Below, in pieces: positions 22,646 to 32,071 of a DNA stretch of 64,000 nt. Under the pieces are notes generated by a model. That model had not been told where the DNA came from, searched no databases, and saw only the letters and a list, made by a program, of their open reading frames with translations. The position numbers were made by a program, and so were the translations under genes. The first letter of the stretch is position 1; each line of letters opens with the position of its first letter. This DNA comes from an uncultured Methylomirabilota bacterium (GTDB taxonomy: Bacteria > Methylomirabilota > Methylomirabilia > Methylomirabilales > 2-02-FULL-66-22). The stretch is from NCBI GenBank assembly GCA_963705305.1, contig OY970067.1, positions 3,904,001 to 3,968,000 of the forward strand. Direction: 5' to 3'.

Positions 22646-22786
22646 GTCGGAGATCGTCCCCCTAACCGGTCGGCTGCTTCGATCATCCCGTCACCGCCGA
22701 TGCGGGCGAACCCCGGGCAGATGTCGGGCGGCTGGCGGTAGACAGATGCGGAGCGGCGGGGTGCGGTGGCACAGGAGGTGGTTTCC

Positions 22787-23068
22787 ATGACCAAGGCCGA
22801 TCTTGTGGAAAAAGTCGCTGCACAGGTCAACTTGACCAAGAAGGACACGGAAGTCGTCATTGATAGCATTTTCAACAGCATCTCTCAGGCGCTGGCCGCA
22901 AAGGCCGATGCCAAGGTTGAGCTCCGCGGTTTCGGCAGCTTTCGAGTTCGTCGACGCCGAGCCAGGCAGGGGCGGAATCCGCAGACGGGAAAGCCGGTCC
23001 AGGTCCCGGCGAAGCGGGTCCCGTATTTCAAGCCAGGCAAGGAGCTGAAGGCTCTCGTCGATTCGTAG
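22787..23068 (+). CDS. ihfB: integration host factor beta / HU-family DNA-binding protein
   Basis: MTKADLV, VELRGFGSF, GRNPQTG, PYFKPGKEL; position after rpsA. Confidence 0.88.
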   Translation: MTKADLVEKVAAQVNLTKKDTEVVIDSIFNSISQALAAKADAKVELRGFGSFRVRRRRARQGRNPQTGKPVQVPAKRVPYFKPGKELKALVDS

Positions 23069-23089
23069 CCACGCATTCCCAGGGCATCC

Positions 23090-23116
23090 AGCAGGGCGCG
23101 AGGTGCCCTGCTTTTT
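23090..23116 (+). terminator. intrinsic terminator after ihfB
   Basis: AGCAGGGCGC-gag-GTGCCCTGCT followed by TTTT. Confidence 0.7.
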
Positions 23117-23140
23117 CATTCCGCACGACGCACGAGGTGC

Positions 23141-25049
23141 GTGGGTCGGTACGCAACCATGCGGAGGATCTTGGAACGCCCGGCGGACCTGAACCCGCGC
23201 TTCGTCGAGGGTACGGCCCAGGAGTTGGAAGAGCTGTTCGGGTCCCCCCTCCCGGAGCTGCCCGGGGGCCAAGTCGGTACCGGAGAGACCCAGGCCCCGC
23301 TGGTGGATCTCTACCCGGGGCTGCGGAGCAGCCTCCGGGAAGCCGTGGATTTCATCTATGGGCGTCTGGTGGCCAAGGCGACCCCCAAGGAGATGGCCGA
23401 GTTCGACCGGGAAGGCGGCGAAACCCCGTTCGCCCGGGCCGAGCAGGTCTTGGAAACGCTGCTGACGACCATCCTTGAGCAGGAGCGTCGCTTGGGGCTG
23501 CTCAATCTGTTCTGGCTGGCCCACTCCAAGGACGCCGCCGACCTCTTCCACGAGCACTTCTCGAATCCCGGCACCAAGATCAACATCAAGTATCAGATGT
23601 TCCCCTTGATCCGGGGGATCTACCGCAACGCTTACAGCCGGGTGGTGGCCCGCATGCGCGGCCGGCAAGGAAACATGCTGCGCCGGAATCTCGGCGCGGA
23701 CTTCAACGGCAGCCTCATCGATTCCATCATCGATGATCTCTTCCCCCTGACAGAGGTCAGCCTGAGCCGGCTGAATCTTTCCGAGGCGCTGACCGAGAGC
23801 AACAAGCGGTTCCGCCTGACGTTCCGAGAGTATCGCGAGATCTACGCCGTGTGCCGGGAGCGCTTGCGGGAGGGCATCCAGCGGCGCGAAGCGCGGCTCC
23901 TGGATTTGCTCCGGCGCCATCTTCCCTCGATCCGGCCGGAAGCCTGCGATGACGAGCGATCGGCAACGCGGGTCCTCTTCAACAGCGCGGTGCTGCGCTG
24001 GCTGCTCAACGATGTCGCCGGCGTCGGATCCAAGCTGGCAGACAACAAGGTGCTGAGCTCCAGCCTGGGACCCCGGCGGGACTGGAGCGACCTGTTGCAG
24101 GACTACTACGATCTCGTCCGGGCGATCAAGCGGAGCGAGATCGTCGATCTGCTGCGCCAGAGGGTTACGCTGGTGGGGCCGCAGCACGATGAGCTGGAAA
24201 TGCGGGCCAGATACGATGAGGGCCGCCTGTTCCGTTTCCATCCCGATTCCGACGTGATGAAGCTGGCGCGGAAGGTGACGGTCATCTTCGCGGACCTGCG
24301 CGGGTTCACCCGAACCTCCGAGGGCGGGGTCTCCGAGCAGGAGCTGACCCAGCGCCTTTATGCGGTCTTCGACCCGCTGGCGGCGATCGTGGAGCAGCAT
24401 CACGGTCGCATCGACAAGTTCACCGGCGACGGTGTCATGATCACCTTCGGCCTAGAGGGGGTCGGCCGGGATGATGAGCTGAACGCCCTGCGGACAGCGC
24501 TGGCCATCCGGCAGATGACCGGAGAGCTGCGGGCGACGGGGCGAACGCAGTTCGAGATGGGGATCAGCGTGCACACCGGGCGGGCGCAGATCGCCCACTT
24601 TGTTCTGGACGACCGGAACATGGACCGGACGGTCATCGGCCGGAACGTGAACATCGCCGGGCGCCTCTCCGGCTCGGGCAAGACTCAAGCGGGGGCATTC
24701 GAAGGGGAGGATGTGGTGGAGGCTGCGTCATCGACACGGGCGTCTAAAGGGGCGACCCTCGACGTTCTGGGTGGACGAGGACGGCACCCTGTACAATACC
24801 GGCATCGTCGTCAGCCAGGACACCGTCGAGGCGGTGCTCCAGCGAGTGGAGGCTGAGCCGCTGGCGGGCGAAGCGGGCCGCGGGCATCGCTTTCCGGACG
24901 CCGTGCTGGGAAAAAACCTGTTGCTAGAGTATGTGGGCGATGCTAAATTCAAGGGGATAGGCCGCTCGATTGCCATCTACCGGCTGGACCTGGAGGACGC
25001 CAGGCCATCCTCGCCGTCGCCGGCGCCCGTGAGTCGGACGTCCCGATGA
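23141..25049 (+). CDS. class III adenylate/guanylate cyclase with a large unrecognised N-terminal domain; frameshift near 24765
   Basis: IFADLRGFT, IDKFTGDG, GISVHTG, TVIGRNVNIAGRL; the cyclase C-terminus (IVVSQDT..KFKGI..IYRL) continues in the +1 frame to 25049. Confidence 0.85.
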
Positions 25050-25537
25050 CTTCCACGCTTTGGGCTCCCTGGCGTATGGCCTACATCACCGGCGCGCGCC
25101 GCCGTGGCTGCTTGCTGTGCGAGATTTTGCGCGAGGAGAACGATCGGACAAATCTGGTGCTCCACCGAGGACCTTTGACGTACGTGGTCATGAACCTCTA
25201 CCCATACAACAATGGCCACCTCATGATCGTGCCATCCCGGCACTGCGCGGACGTGTCCGATTTTTCCCCCCAGGAATCCCTGGAGATCATGCAGGTGACT
25301 CAGGCCTGCACCCGGATACTCCGGCGGGCCCTCGGCGCAGAGGGCTTCAACGTGGGATTCAACCTGGGGAAGGCGGCCGGCGCGGGGATCGCCGACCATG
25401 TTCACTTGCACGTCGTCCCCCGCTGGGCCGGGGACACAAATTTCATGCCGGTCCTGGCGGAAACAAAGGTGATGCCGGAGTACTTGGAGTCGACGTACGA
25501 CAAGCTGGTTCCCCTCTTCCAGGAGCAGGGGAGGTAA
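25046..25537 (+). CDS. HIT-family nucleotide hydrolase/phosphorylase (Ap4A type)
   Basis: LWAPWR, NLYPYNNGH, HVHLHVVPRW. Confidence 0.93.
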   Translation: MTSTLWAPWRMAYITGARRRGCLLCEILREENDRTNLVLHRGPLTYVVMNLYPYNNGHLMIVPSRHCADVSDFSPQESLEIMQVTQACTRILRRALGAEGFNVGFNLGKAAGAGIADHVHLHVVPRWAGDTNFMPVLAETKVMPEYLESTYDKLVPLFQEQGR

Positions 25538-25547
25538 GGAGGGCCCC

Positions 25548-26033
25548 ATGCTCATCAAGATGACCGTCCGCGGCATCGCGCTGGACCCCATCACGAATAT
25601 GCCCATCATCATTCTCAAGGACGTGGACGAGCGAAAGGCCCTTCCCATCTGGGTCGGCATTTTTGAAGCCAACGCCATCGCGCTCGAGCTGGAAAAGGTG
25701 TCGACCCCCCGCCCCATGACCCACGACCTGCTCAAGAGCATTCTGGACGGGCTGGGCGTCAGCGTACGCCAGGTGGTGGTCAACGACCTCAAAGACAACA
25801 CCTTCTTCGCGGTGATCGAATTGAGTCACAACGGGACCGCGGTCAATATCGACGCGCGGCCCAGCGATGCCATCGCGCTTGCCCTGCGGGTCAACGCTCC
25901 CATCTTTGTCACGGAGAGCGTGGTGTCGCAGGCCAAGAGCGTCGAGATCGCCGAGGAGAAGGAAGAAACCGACAAGTGGAAGGAGTGGCTGGAAAACCTC
26001 AAGCCCGAGGACTTCGGAAAGTACCGCATGTAG
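25548..26033 (+). CDS. bifunctional nuclease family protein (DUF151)
   Basis: LPIWVGIFEA, PRPMTHDL, IDARPSDAIALA. Confidence 0.93.
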   Translation: MLIKMTVRGIALDPITNMPIIILKDVDERKALPIWVGIFEANAIALELEKVSTPRPMTHDLLKSILDGLGVSVRQVVVNDLKDNTFFAVIELSHNGTAVNIDARPSDAIALALRVNAPIFVTESVVSQAKSVEIAEEKEETDKWKEWLENLKPEDFGKYRM

Positions 26034-26052
26034 CGTTCGCGCCGCGACGCGT

Positions 26053-26091
26053 CGTCCGGCCATCCTTGCGGATGGCCGGACGTTCTTTTTT
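26053..26091 (+). terminator. intrinsic terminator between convergent genes
   Basis: CGTCCGGCCATCC-ttgc-GGATGGCCGGACG followed by TTCTTTTTT. Confidence 0.85.
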
Positions 26092-26150
26092 GGTCCCGCG
26101 GCAGGGCGACGACGCCGTCCGAACGGGCGGCAGTTGGACGCGGGCGGGCG

Positions 26151-27128
26151 CTACCGACCGATCACCTCGGGGTTCACCAGGTGGGGAGGACGCTGCCCGC
26201 CGAGGCCTGCGATGCAATTCTGCACCGCCACCATGACCATCCGCGCTCTGGTCTCGACCGAGGCGCTGGCGATGTGCGGGGCCAAGACGACGTTTTTTGC
26301 CCCCAGCAGCGCCCGGTCGATCTTCGGCTCTCTTTCATAAACGTCCAAGCCCGCCCCGGCAATCTTTCCCTCTTTGAGCGCCTGCACCAGCGCCTTCTCG
26401 TCCACCACGGGGCCGCGGGCGGCGTTGATGAGGATGGCCGTCCGCTTCATCAGTGCAAATTCCGCGTGGGACATGTAGCGGGTTGTCTCGGGGAAGAGCG
26501 GGATGTGCAGGGAGACGAAATCGGACTCCCGCAGCAGCGTGCGCTTGTCCACGTACATCACACCGTAATCCCGTTCGGTGCTTTCGTCGATCCGCTGGAC
26601 ATCGGTGTAGATCACTCGCATGTCGAAACCCTTGGCGCGGCGAGCCACTCCCCTTCCGATTCGGCCGAACCCCACGATCCCCAGGGTCTTGTGGTGCACG
26701 TCGCACCCCAGGAAGTGCATGAGACTCCAGCCGGCCCACTTTCCCGAGCGGAGAAACTTATCCGCCTCGACGACCCGGCGAGCCGTCGCCAAAAGCAGGG
26801 TCCAGGTGAAATCGGCGGTGGTGTCGTCCAGCACTCCCGGGGTGTTGGTGACCATCACCCCGCGGCGTGTACACGCCTTGACATCGATGTTGTTGTACCC
26901 GACCGCCACGTTGCTGAGGATCTTCAATTCCGGACACTGCACCAGCAGGCGCTCGTCGATATTGTCGGTCACGACGATGAGGGCGCCCGCCTTGCCTTGC
27001 AGCTTCTTTACCATCTGGGGATGGCTGAGGGCGGCGTCCCGTTGGTTGGATTCCACTTCAAAATGTTTTCCCAATAAGGCCAGTGCCTCTTCAAACACCT
27101 TCCGCGTGACCAAAACCTTCGGTCGCAC
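26151..27128 (-). CDS. D-2-hydroxyacid dehydrogenase (glyoxylate reductase / D-glycerate dehydrogenase)
   Basis: AVGYNNID, TNTPGVL, GFGRIG, INAARG, LDVYEREP, PHIAS; RBS AAGGAGG. Confidence 0.93.
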   Translation of the reverse strand: MRPKVLVTRKVFEEALALLGKHFEVESNQRDAALSHPQMVKKLQGKAGALIVVTDNIDERLLVQCPELKILSNVAVGYNNIDVKACTRRGVMVTNTPGVLDDTTADFTWTLLLATARRVVEADKFLRSGKWAGWSLMHFLGCDVHHKTLGIVGFGRIGRGVARRAKGFDMRVIYTDVQRIDESTERDYGVMYVDKRTLLRESDFVSLHIPLFPETTRYMSHAEFALMKRTAILINAARGPVVDEKALVQALKEGKIAGAGLDVYEREPKIDRALLGAKNVVLAPHIASASVETRARMVMVAVQNCIAGLGGQRPPHLVNPEVIGR

Positions 27129-27181
27129 TGGAACCTCCTTTCGAGCGCACATCTACCGTAATATAGCTCAGAATGGGTGTG

Positions 27182-27210
27182 AATTTATGTATGCGCCAAT
27201 ACCCTGTCAA
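27182..27210 (-). promoter_or_regulatory. sigma70-type promoter for the dehydrogenase
   Basis: TTGACA-17nt-TAAATT on the minus strand. Confidence 0.6.
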
Positions 27211-27341
27211 GCACTTTCTGGAAGGAAGGCCCATTGCAATGGCAGCTCCTGGCAGTGTCCAGGGAGGTGTGCAAGGGCGTAACGCCTTGTCACGGTTGAA
27301 CCACCCGATCCCGGTAAGCCTTCTGCAGACCTGAGGTTGGC

Positions 27342-27370
27342 TTGACACCCCCCGCCCCGGATGATACAAA
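27342..27370 (+). promoter_or_regulatory. sigma70-type promoter for the rtcA fusion
   Basis: TTGACA-17nt-TACAAA with TG extension. Confidence 0.6.
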
Positions 27371-27445
27371 ATGCCAGTCTTTCTCCGAAGATACCTGGTG
27401 GCGGGGATCCACCGGACGCGGGGGCGGTGAAGTGGGGACAAAAGA

Positions 27446-29020
27446 ATGACCCACCGGATGCGCGCAATCGATGGCGGTCAGGGAGAGGGCGGCGGCCAGA
27501 TCTTTCGTACTGCCCTGGCTCTGGCGTCGATCCAGGGTGTACCGGTTGAGATCAGGAATATCCGGACCCAGCGACCCGTTCCCGGCCTCCAGGCCCAGCA
27601 CCTGGCGGCGCTTCGGGTGCTGCAAGACATCAGCAGGGCGCAGGTGACAGGCGCCGAAATAGGATCTCAACGCGTGACGTTCATCCCCGGGACTCTCCAG
27701 CCGGGCGAGTACCGGATCGATGTGGGAACGGCGGGCGCAGTCGGCCTGGTCTTGCAGGCGATCGTCCTGCCGCTGTCCCTGGCGGCCGGCCCGTCGAGGG
27801 TCCGGCTCACGGGTGGCACCCATGTTCCCTGGAGTCCGTCGGCGGACTACCTGCGGGATGTCCTTCTGCCGGCCCTGCGCACGATGGGGATCCGGTCGGA
27901 GATGCAGATTCGGCGGTGGGGCTTTTATCCCAAAGGGGGAGGCGAGGTGACGGTCGAGATCGAGGGGGGTGCCCAGCTGCGACCGCTGACGGCGGTCCGT
28001 CGAAGCCAGGCGCTGCGTGTCCGGGGCGTCTCCGCGGTGGCGAATCTGCCCCGGGAAATCGCCGTGCAGGAGGCCGAAGATGCGCAGCGGCAGCTGGAGC
28101 GGGAAGGGTGGACGGCGGATATCCAGGTGAGCGAAGTGCGGGCAGCGGACGAGGGGAGCTTTTTGACGCTGGTGGCGGACGGTGGGGGACTTCCTGCAGG
28201 CTTTTCGGCGCTCGGGGGGCGCGGCCGATCCCCCGGCGAGCTGGCCAGCGCAGCCGTCAGGGCATTCCTGGAGTTCGCCAAGAGCGAGGCGAGCTGCGAA
28301 CCCTACCTGGCGGACCAGTTGGTCCTGGCGATGAGCTTGGCTCGCGGGACATCCCGGATAACGACGTTGCGGATCACCCCGCATCTCCTCACCACCATCC
28401 AGCAGGTTCAGCATGTGCTGGGGTGCCCCGTGGAGGTCAGAGGCGACGAGGGGAGCCCGGGAACGGTGACGATCGAGGGGGTCGGCGGCGCCGCCGCTGC
28501 CGGCGCCGCGCGCGCAAGCCGCCCGGTGGCGCAGCGGCCCCAGCCGCCAGCAGGAGCCGGCGGGGGATCCTCCGTCCGCAAAGCCGCGGCGGCGGATGTT
28601 CCCGGCATGCAGCGGCTGCTGGCCCACTTTGCCGCACGCGGCGAGGTGCTGCCACGGACGCTGAATGAACTGTACCAGCGCCTGCGGGATTTTTTCGTGT
28701 GCGATCTCAACGGGGAGATCATCGGCATCTGCGCGCTGTCGATTTACTGGGAAGATTTGGCCGAGGTCCGCTCTCTGGCCGTTCAGGGGGCGCATGCCGG
28801 AAAGGGCTTGGGCAGCATGCTGGTGGAGGCCTGCGTGGCCGAAGCGGCGGCGTTGGGCATTCGCCGCGTCTTTGCGCTGACCTACCGGCCGGGGTTTTTC
28901 GAGAAGCTGCATTTCCATGTCATCGACAAGCAGGAGCTGCCGCAGAAGATCTGGCAGGATTGCTTGAAATGCGCCAAGTTTACCTGCTGCGACGAGGTCG
29001 CCCTCATTCGGGAAACGTAG
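27446..29020 (+). CDS. rtcA: RNA 3'-terminal phosphate cyclase fused to a C-terminal ArgA-like GNAT acetyltransferase
   Basis: GEGGGQIFR, PGL..QHL, GGTHVPWSP, GFYPKGGG, YLADQL, catalytic-His motif PHLLT; then VRKA..LPR..LAEVRSLAV..GKGLG..FALTY..LPQKIW.DC. Confidence 0.9.
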   Translation: MTHRMRAIDGGQGEGGGQIFRTALALASIQGVPVEIRNIRTQRPVPGLQAQHLAALRVLQDISRAQVTGAEIGSQRVTFIPGTLQPGEYRIDVGTAGAVGLVLQAIVLPLSLAAGPSRVRLTGGTHVPWSPSADYLRDVLLPALRTMGIRSEMQIRRWGFYPKGGGEVTVEIEGGAQLRPLTAVRRSQALRVRGVSAVANLPREIAVQEAEDAQRQLEREGWTADIQVSEVRAADEGSFLTLVADGGGLPAGFSALGGRGRSPGELASAAVRAFLEFAKSEASCEPYLADQLVLAMSLARGTSRITTLRITPHLLTTIQQVQHVLGCPVEVRGDEGSPGTVTIEGVGGAAAAGAARASRPVAQRPQPPAGAGGGSSVRKAAAADVPGMQRLLAHFAARGEVLPRTLNELYQRLRDFFVCDLNGEIIGICALSIYWEDLAEVRSLAVQGAHAGKGLGSMLVEACVAEAAALGIRRVFALTYRPGFFEKLHFHVIDKQELPQKIWQDCLKCAKFTCCDEVALIRET

Positions 29021-29068
29021 CGATCCAGGGGGTGGACGTTCCGGTGGGTCCGGCCCATCGGAGAGCCG

Positions 29069-29362
29069 ATGATGAGCAAGCGGTGCGAGAAGTGCGGGCG
29101 AGAGATGCCTGACGGCAGTCTGGCCTACGAGGTCAGGATCCAGGTGCTGGCCGATTTCGACGGCCATCTCTCCGAGGCGGAGGCGACCCGGGAGGAGACC
29201 GATGCCCGGTTGCGTGAGGTGCTGGCCCAGGCGGCGGAGCACGATCCGGTGGCCCTGATGCGGGAGGTCTACCATGCGGAGCAGCACCTCCTCTGCCCGG
29301 GCTGCCGGGATCGCTACCTGGCCAATCCGCTGAACCTGCCGCACCCCGACGAGCGGGCATGA
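29069..29362 (+). CDS. small CxxC...CxxC zinc-binding hypothetical protein
   Basis: CEKC near the N-terminus and LCPGC near the C-terminus; RBS GGAG. Confidence 0.7.
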   Translation: MMSKRCEKCGREMPDGSLAYEVRIQVLADFDGHLSEAEATREETDARLREVLAQAAEHDPVALMREVYHAEQHLLCPGCRDRYLANPLNLPHPDERA

Positions 29363-29608
29363 AAGGCCGCATGCCGTGCGCCGCTTGGCCCCCCTCGCCG
29401 CTGGAACTGGCGGCCGATGCCCGCTGCGGCGTGGGCAAGTCGGCTCACGATCGGGACGGGGGTCCGGCCGGCCGTCGGTCCGTGTCGGGGGTCTCGCCGC
29501 AGAGAGATTATCGATGGAGGCGGGCGGAGGGGGTCCGGATCTTCGTGGTGACGGGTGAGACGGACAGGCAGGCCTCCCCGGCGGCGGAGGGGCACGAGGA
29601 GACACCGC

Positions 29609-30145
29609 ATGGCTGACGCGGAACAAGAACTGGTGGATCGCCTCAAGGGGGCCGCAGCCTCGCCGGCCAGCGAGCGTCGGGGGAAGATCCTGGAGGTGTT
29701 TGTAGGGGCGGTGCGCGAGGCGCTCCACCTCAAGCCCGATGAAGTGGCCGTCCTCCTGCTCAGCGCGGATCGCACGATGCTGCATTTCATCTATCCGCCC
29801 GCCTTGGCCGAGCGGGGAAGAAACGCGTTCCCGCTTATTGTTCCCAGCGTCGCGGGGCAGGTCGTGCGCACCGGCAGGGGCCTGCTGACGAACGAGATGC
29901 GGGACACGCCCCGGCTGGCCTTCTACGAGCGTGTCCGCAGCACCGAGTCCGATCCCCTCGAGATCCGAAAGCTTCTGGCGGTCCCCCTGCGCAACGCAGA
30001 GGGGAAAGCGGTCGGGGTCGTCGAGGCCAGTCGTCGCGGCGCCACCCACGCCGCCAGCGGTCCGAATTTCCTTCCAGAGGATCAGCTCCTCCTGGAGCGT
30101 CTGGTCGGCACGGCATCCCCGCACCTGATCGAAGCGCTCGCATGA
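29609..30145 (+). CDS. stand-alone GAF-domain protein
   Basis: SVAGQVVRTG, LLAVPL, VGVVE, F..ED..LL; RBS AGGAG. Confidence 0.75.
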   Translation: MADAEQELVDRLKGAAASPASERRGKILEVFVGAVREALHLKPDEVAVLLLSADRTMLHFIYPPALAERGRNAFPLIVPSVAGQVVRTGRGLLTNEMRDTPRLAFYERVRSTESDPLEIRKLLAVPLRNAEGKAVGVVEASRRGATHAASGPNFLPEDQLLLERLVGTASPHLIEALA

Positions 30146-30408
30146 GCGGCAGCCTTCCCGTCCGGATGCGTGTGTGGAACGTCATGGGACGCTGATGCCT
30201 GTCGGGAGAGTCGGGACGCTCAAACCAGCCGGCGGGCTGGCCCTCCTCCGGCGCAAGGGGCATCGGCACAGGTGGAGTGCTGGATTTCAAGCCGCCCTGC
30301 GGGATAGCTGAAGGATGGAAGCGAAGCGGCGGGCCGGCACGGTGTCGCGCCGCCTCGGGCGCCCCGAAACCGAAGCGCACCTTTTCACGGAGTGCGGAGG
30401 GATGGCGT

Positions 30409-30855
30409 ATGCGACCGCTTGCGATGGGATTCGGCGTCCTGCTCTTCTATCTGGCCGTGCCCGGTGTGATCGGGGCGGCCGAACTCTCCCCCGGGCGATA
30501 TCAGATGTTTACGGTGCCCGGGCAACAAACATGGCTGTTCCTGCTGGATACGGCCACGGGCTGCACCTGGCAGTTGGGCCAGAATCCGGAGACCAAACGA
30601 CTCACCTTTGTTGAGACCGACGTGGAAAACCTCCATTGGACTTGGGGAGGAGGCGCCCAAGGGCGGATCGCCGAGCGGATCGATGCCTCGAATCTCCCGG
30701 AGGATCAGAAGCGCACGCTGAAGCGGGAACTGCAGCAGACGGCCTGCGGATGGTCCCCGGTGGTTCAGACGCCGGCCCCATCGGCGGCGTCTCCCCAAGG
30801 GCCGGGAGGCGGGACACCGGCGCCGGCGGTGGGGCTGGCACCCAAGACCCCCTAG
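30409..30855 (+). CDS. exported hypothetical protein
   Basis: signal-peptide-like N-terminus; GRYQ..FLLDTATG.TWQ; Pro/Ala-rich tail. Confidence 0.65.
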   Translation: MRPLAMGFGVLLFYLAVPGVIGAAELSPGRYQMFTVPGQQTWLFLLDTATGCTWQLGQNPETKRLTFVETDVENLHWTWGGGAQGRIAERIDASNLPEDQKRTLKRELQQTACGWSPVVQTPAPSAASPQGPGGGTPAPAVGLAPKTP

Positions 30856-31140
30856 CGGCCGATTTCGAGGGGGGGGGAATCGTCGGGAGAGCGGCGAGAA
30901 TCCGGGGGGACCGATCCCGGCGGGAGGCGATGCTTTTGCCTTGACAAAGGTTCGGAGCATGCTCAGCATTCGCCCATTATCTGCGGAGGAGGGGTGCGAT
31001 GCGGACGCGTGTCTCTCTCGCGACGATGGGAGCCCGAAGCGCGCGCGAGAGGCGGTCCGCCGGTGCGAAGGACACTATGGGCTCCGGCGGTGATCTCGGA
31101 GGATCGGGCAGGGTGTCGGCAGACTGATTGGAGAAGTGCT

Positions 31141-31833
31141 ATGACCCAGGGGTCGCTGGATCAGGCGATCCGCATGCTGCAGGGCGTTCCGTTCTTCGCG
31201 GGACTTTCCAACCAGGAGATGGAGCCTTTGGCCTCCGCGTGCCGGCTGCGCTCCTATCGCCGGAGCGAGGTGATCTTCCACCGGGATGATCCCGCGGATA
31301 CCATGCACATCGTGCAGGGGGGGCAGGTCCGGATCGTCCTTCATTCCACGAAGGGGGACGAGATCGTCCTGGCGCTATTCCATCCCCGGGATTTCTTCGG
31401 CGAATTGTCCCTGCTGGATGGTCTGCCCCGGTCCGCCACCGCCGTTGCCATGGAGCCGACCGTGACCTTGACGCTGGGCCGGGCCGAGTTTCTTCACATC
31501 TTGGCCACCAGCCCTCGGATGACCCGGGAGGTGATCGATGCTCTGGCCGCCCGCCTGCGCCACACCAATATCCTGCTGGGCGATTCGATCTTCCTGGGGG
31601 TCGGGGCAAGGCTGGCCAAACGGCTGCTCGAACTGGCGGAGGCGCAGAAAGGGGCGCGCGATCAGGACGCGGTGCGGGTGACCCAGGCGGAGCTGGCCAC
31701 CCTGGTCGGCGCCAGCCGGGAGACGGTGAACAAGGAGCTGCGCGCACTGGAGGCGCGCGGCGCGGTCCGTCTGTCGCGAGGGAGAGTTCACATTCTGCAC
31801 CGGGAGAGCCTGCGACCTCCGGGCAACTGGTGA
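31141..31833 (+). CDS. Crp/Fnr family transcriptional regulator
   Basis: cNMP-binding motif FFGELSLLDGLPRSATA; HTH TQAELATLVGASRETVNK. Confidence 0.93.
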   Translation: MTQGSLDQAIRMLQGVPFFAGLSNQEMEPLASACRLRSYRRSEVIFHRDDPADTMHIVQGGQVRIVLHSTKGDEIVLALFHPRDFFGELSLLDGLPRSATAVAMEPTVTLTLGRAEFLHILATSPRMTREVIDALAARLRHTNILLGDSIFLGVGARLAKRLLELAEAQKGARDQDAVRVTQAELATLVGASRETVNKELRALEARGAVRLSRGRVHILHRESLRPPGNW

Positions 31834-31859
31834 GGGGTCGCACCGGGGCCCGGCGCGCC

Positions 31860-31889
31860 TTGACACCGCGCGAGTCGGTATGCTACAAG
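31860..31889 (+). promoter_or_regulatory. putative sigma70-type promoter upstream of the Na/Pi transporter
   Basis: TTGACA-18nt-TACAAG with TG extension. Confidence 0.45.
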
Positions 31890-31916
31890 CTCTTCGGGAG
31901 GACGGCCGCAATGTGG

Positions 31917-31953
31917 AGAGGCCAGGTTGAGCATTCAATCTGGCCTTTTGTTT
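31917..31953 (+). terminator. intrinsic terminator-like hairpin
   Basis: AGAGGCCAGGTTGA-gcat-TCAATCTGGCCTTT followed by TGTTT. Confidence 0.7.
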
Positions 31954-32071
31954 CTCCAGTGTCCGGGCGACGGATGAGCGAGGTGGGCGAAGTGGGGGGT
32001 GGCGCAATGCGGGAGGCTCGGCCGGCGACCGGCGGCCGGGGGCACCGGCGCATCGACAGGACGAGCCGTCC

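Noticed and set aside
27290..30124. 944-aa minus-strand ORF and other long antisense ORFs (42772-45084, 7589-9439, 13357-15126, 22691-24403, 52317-54095)
   Set aside because: They are shadow frames of well-supported plus-strand genes in high-GC DNA and show no recognisable motifs.
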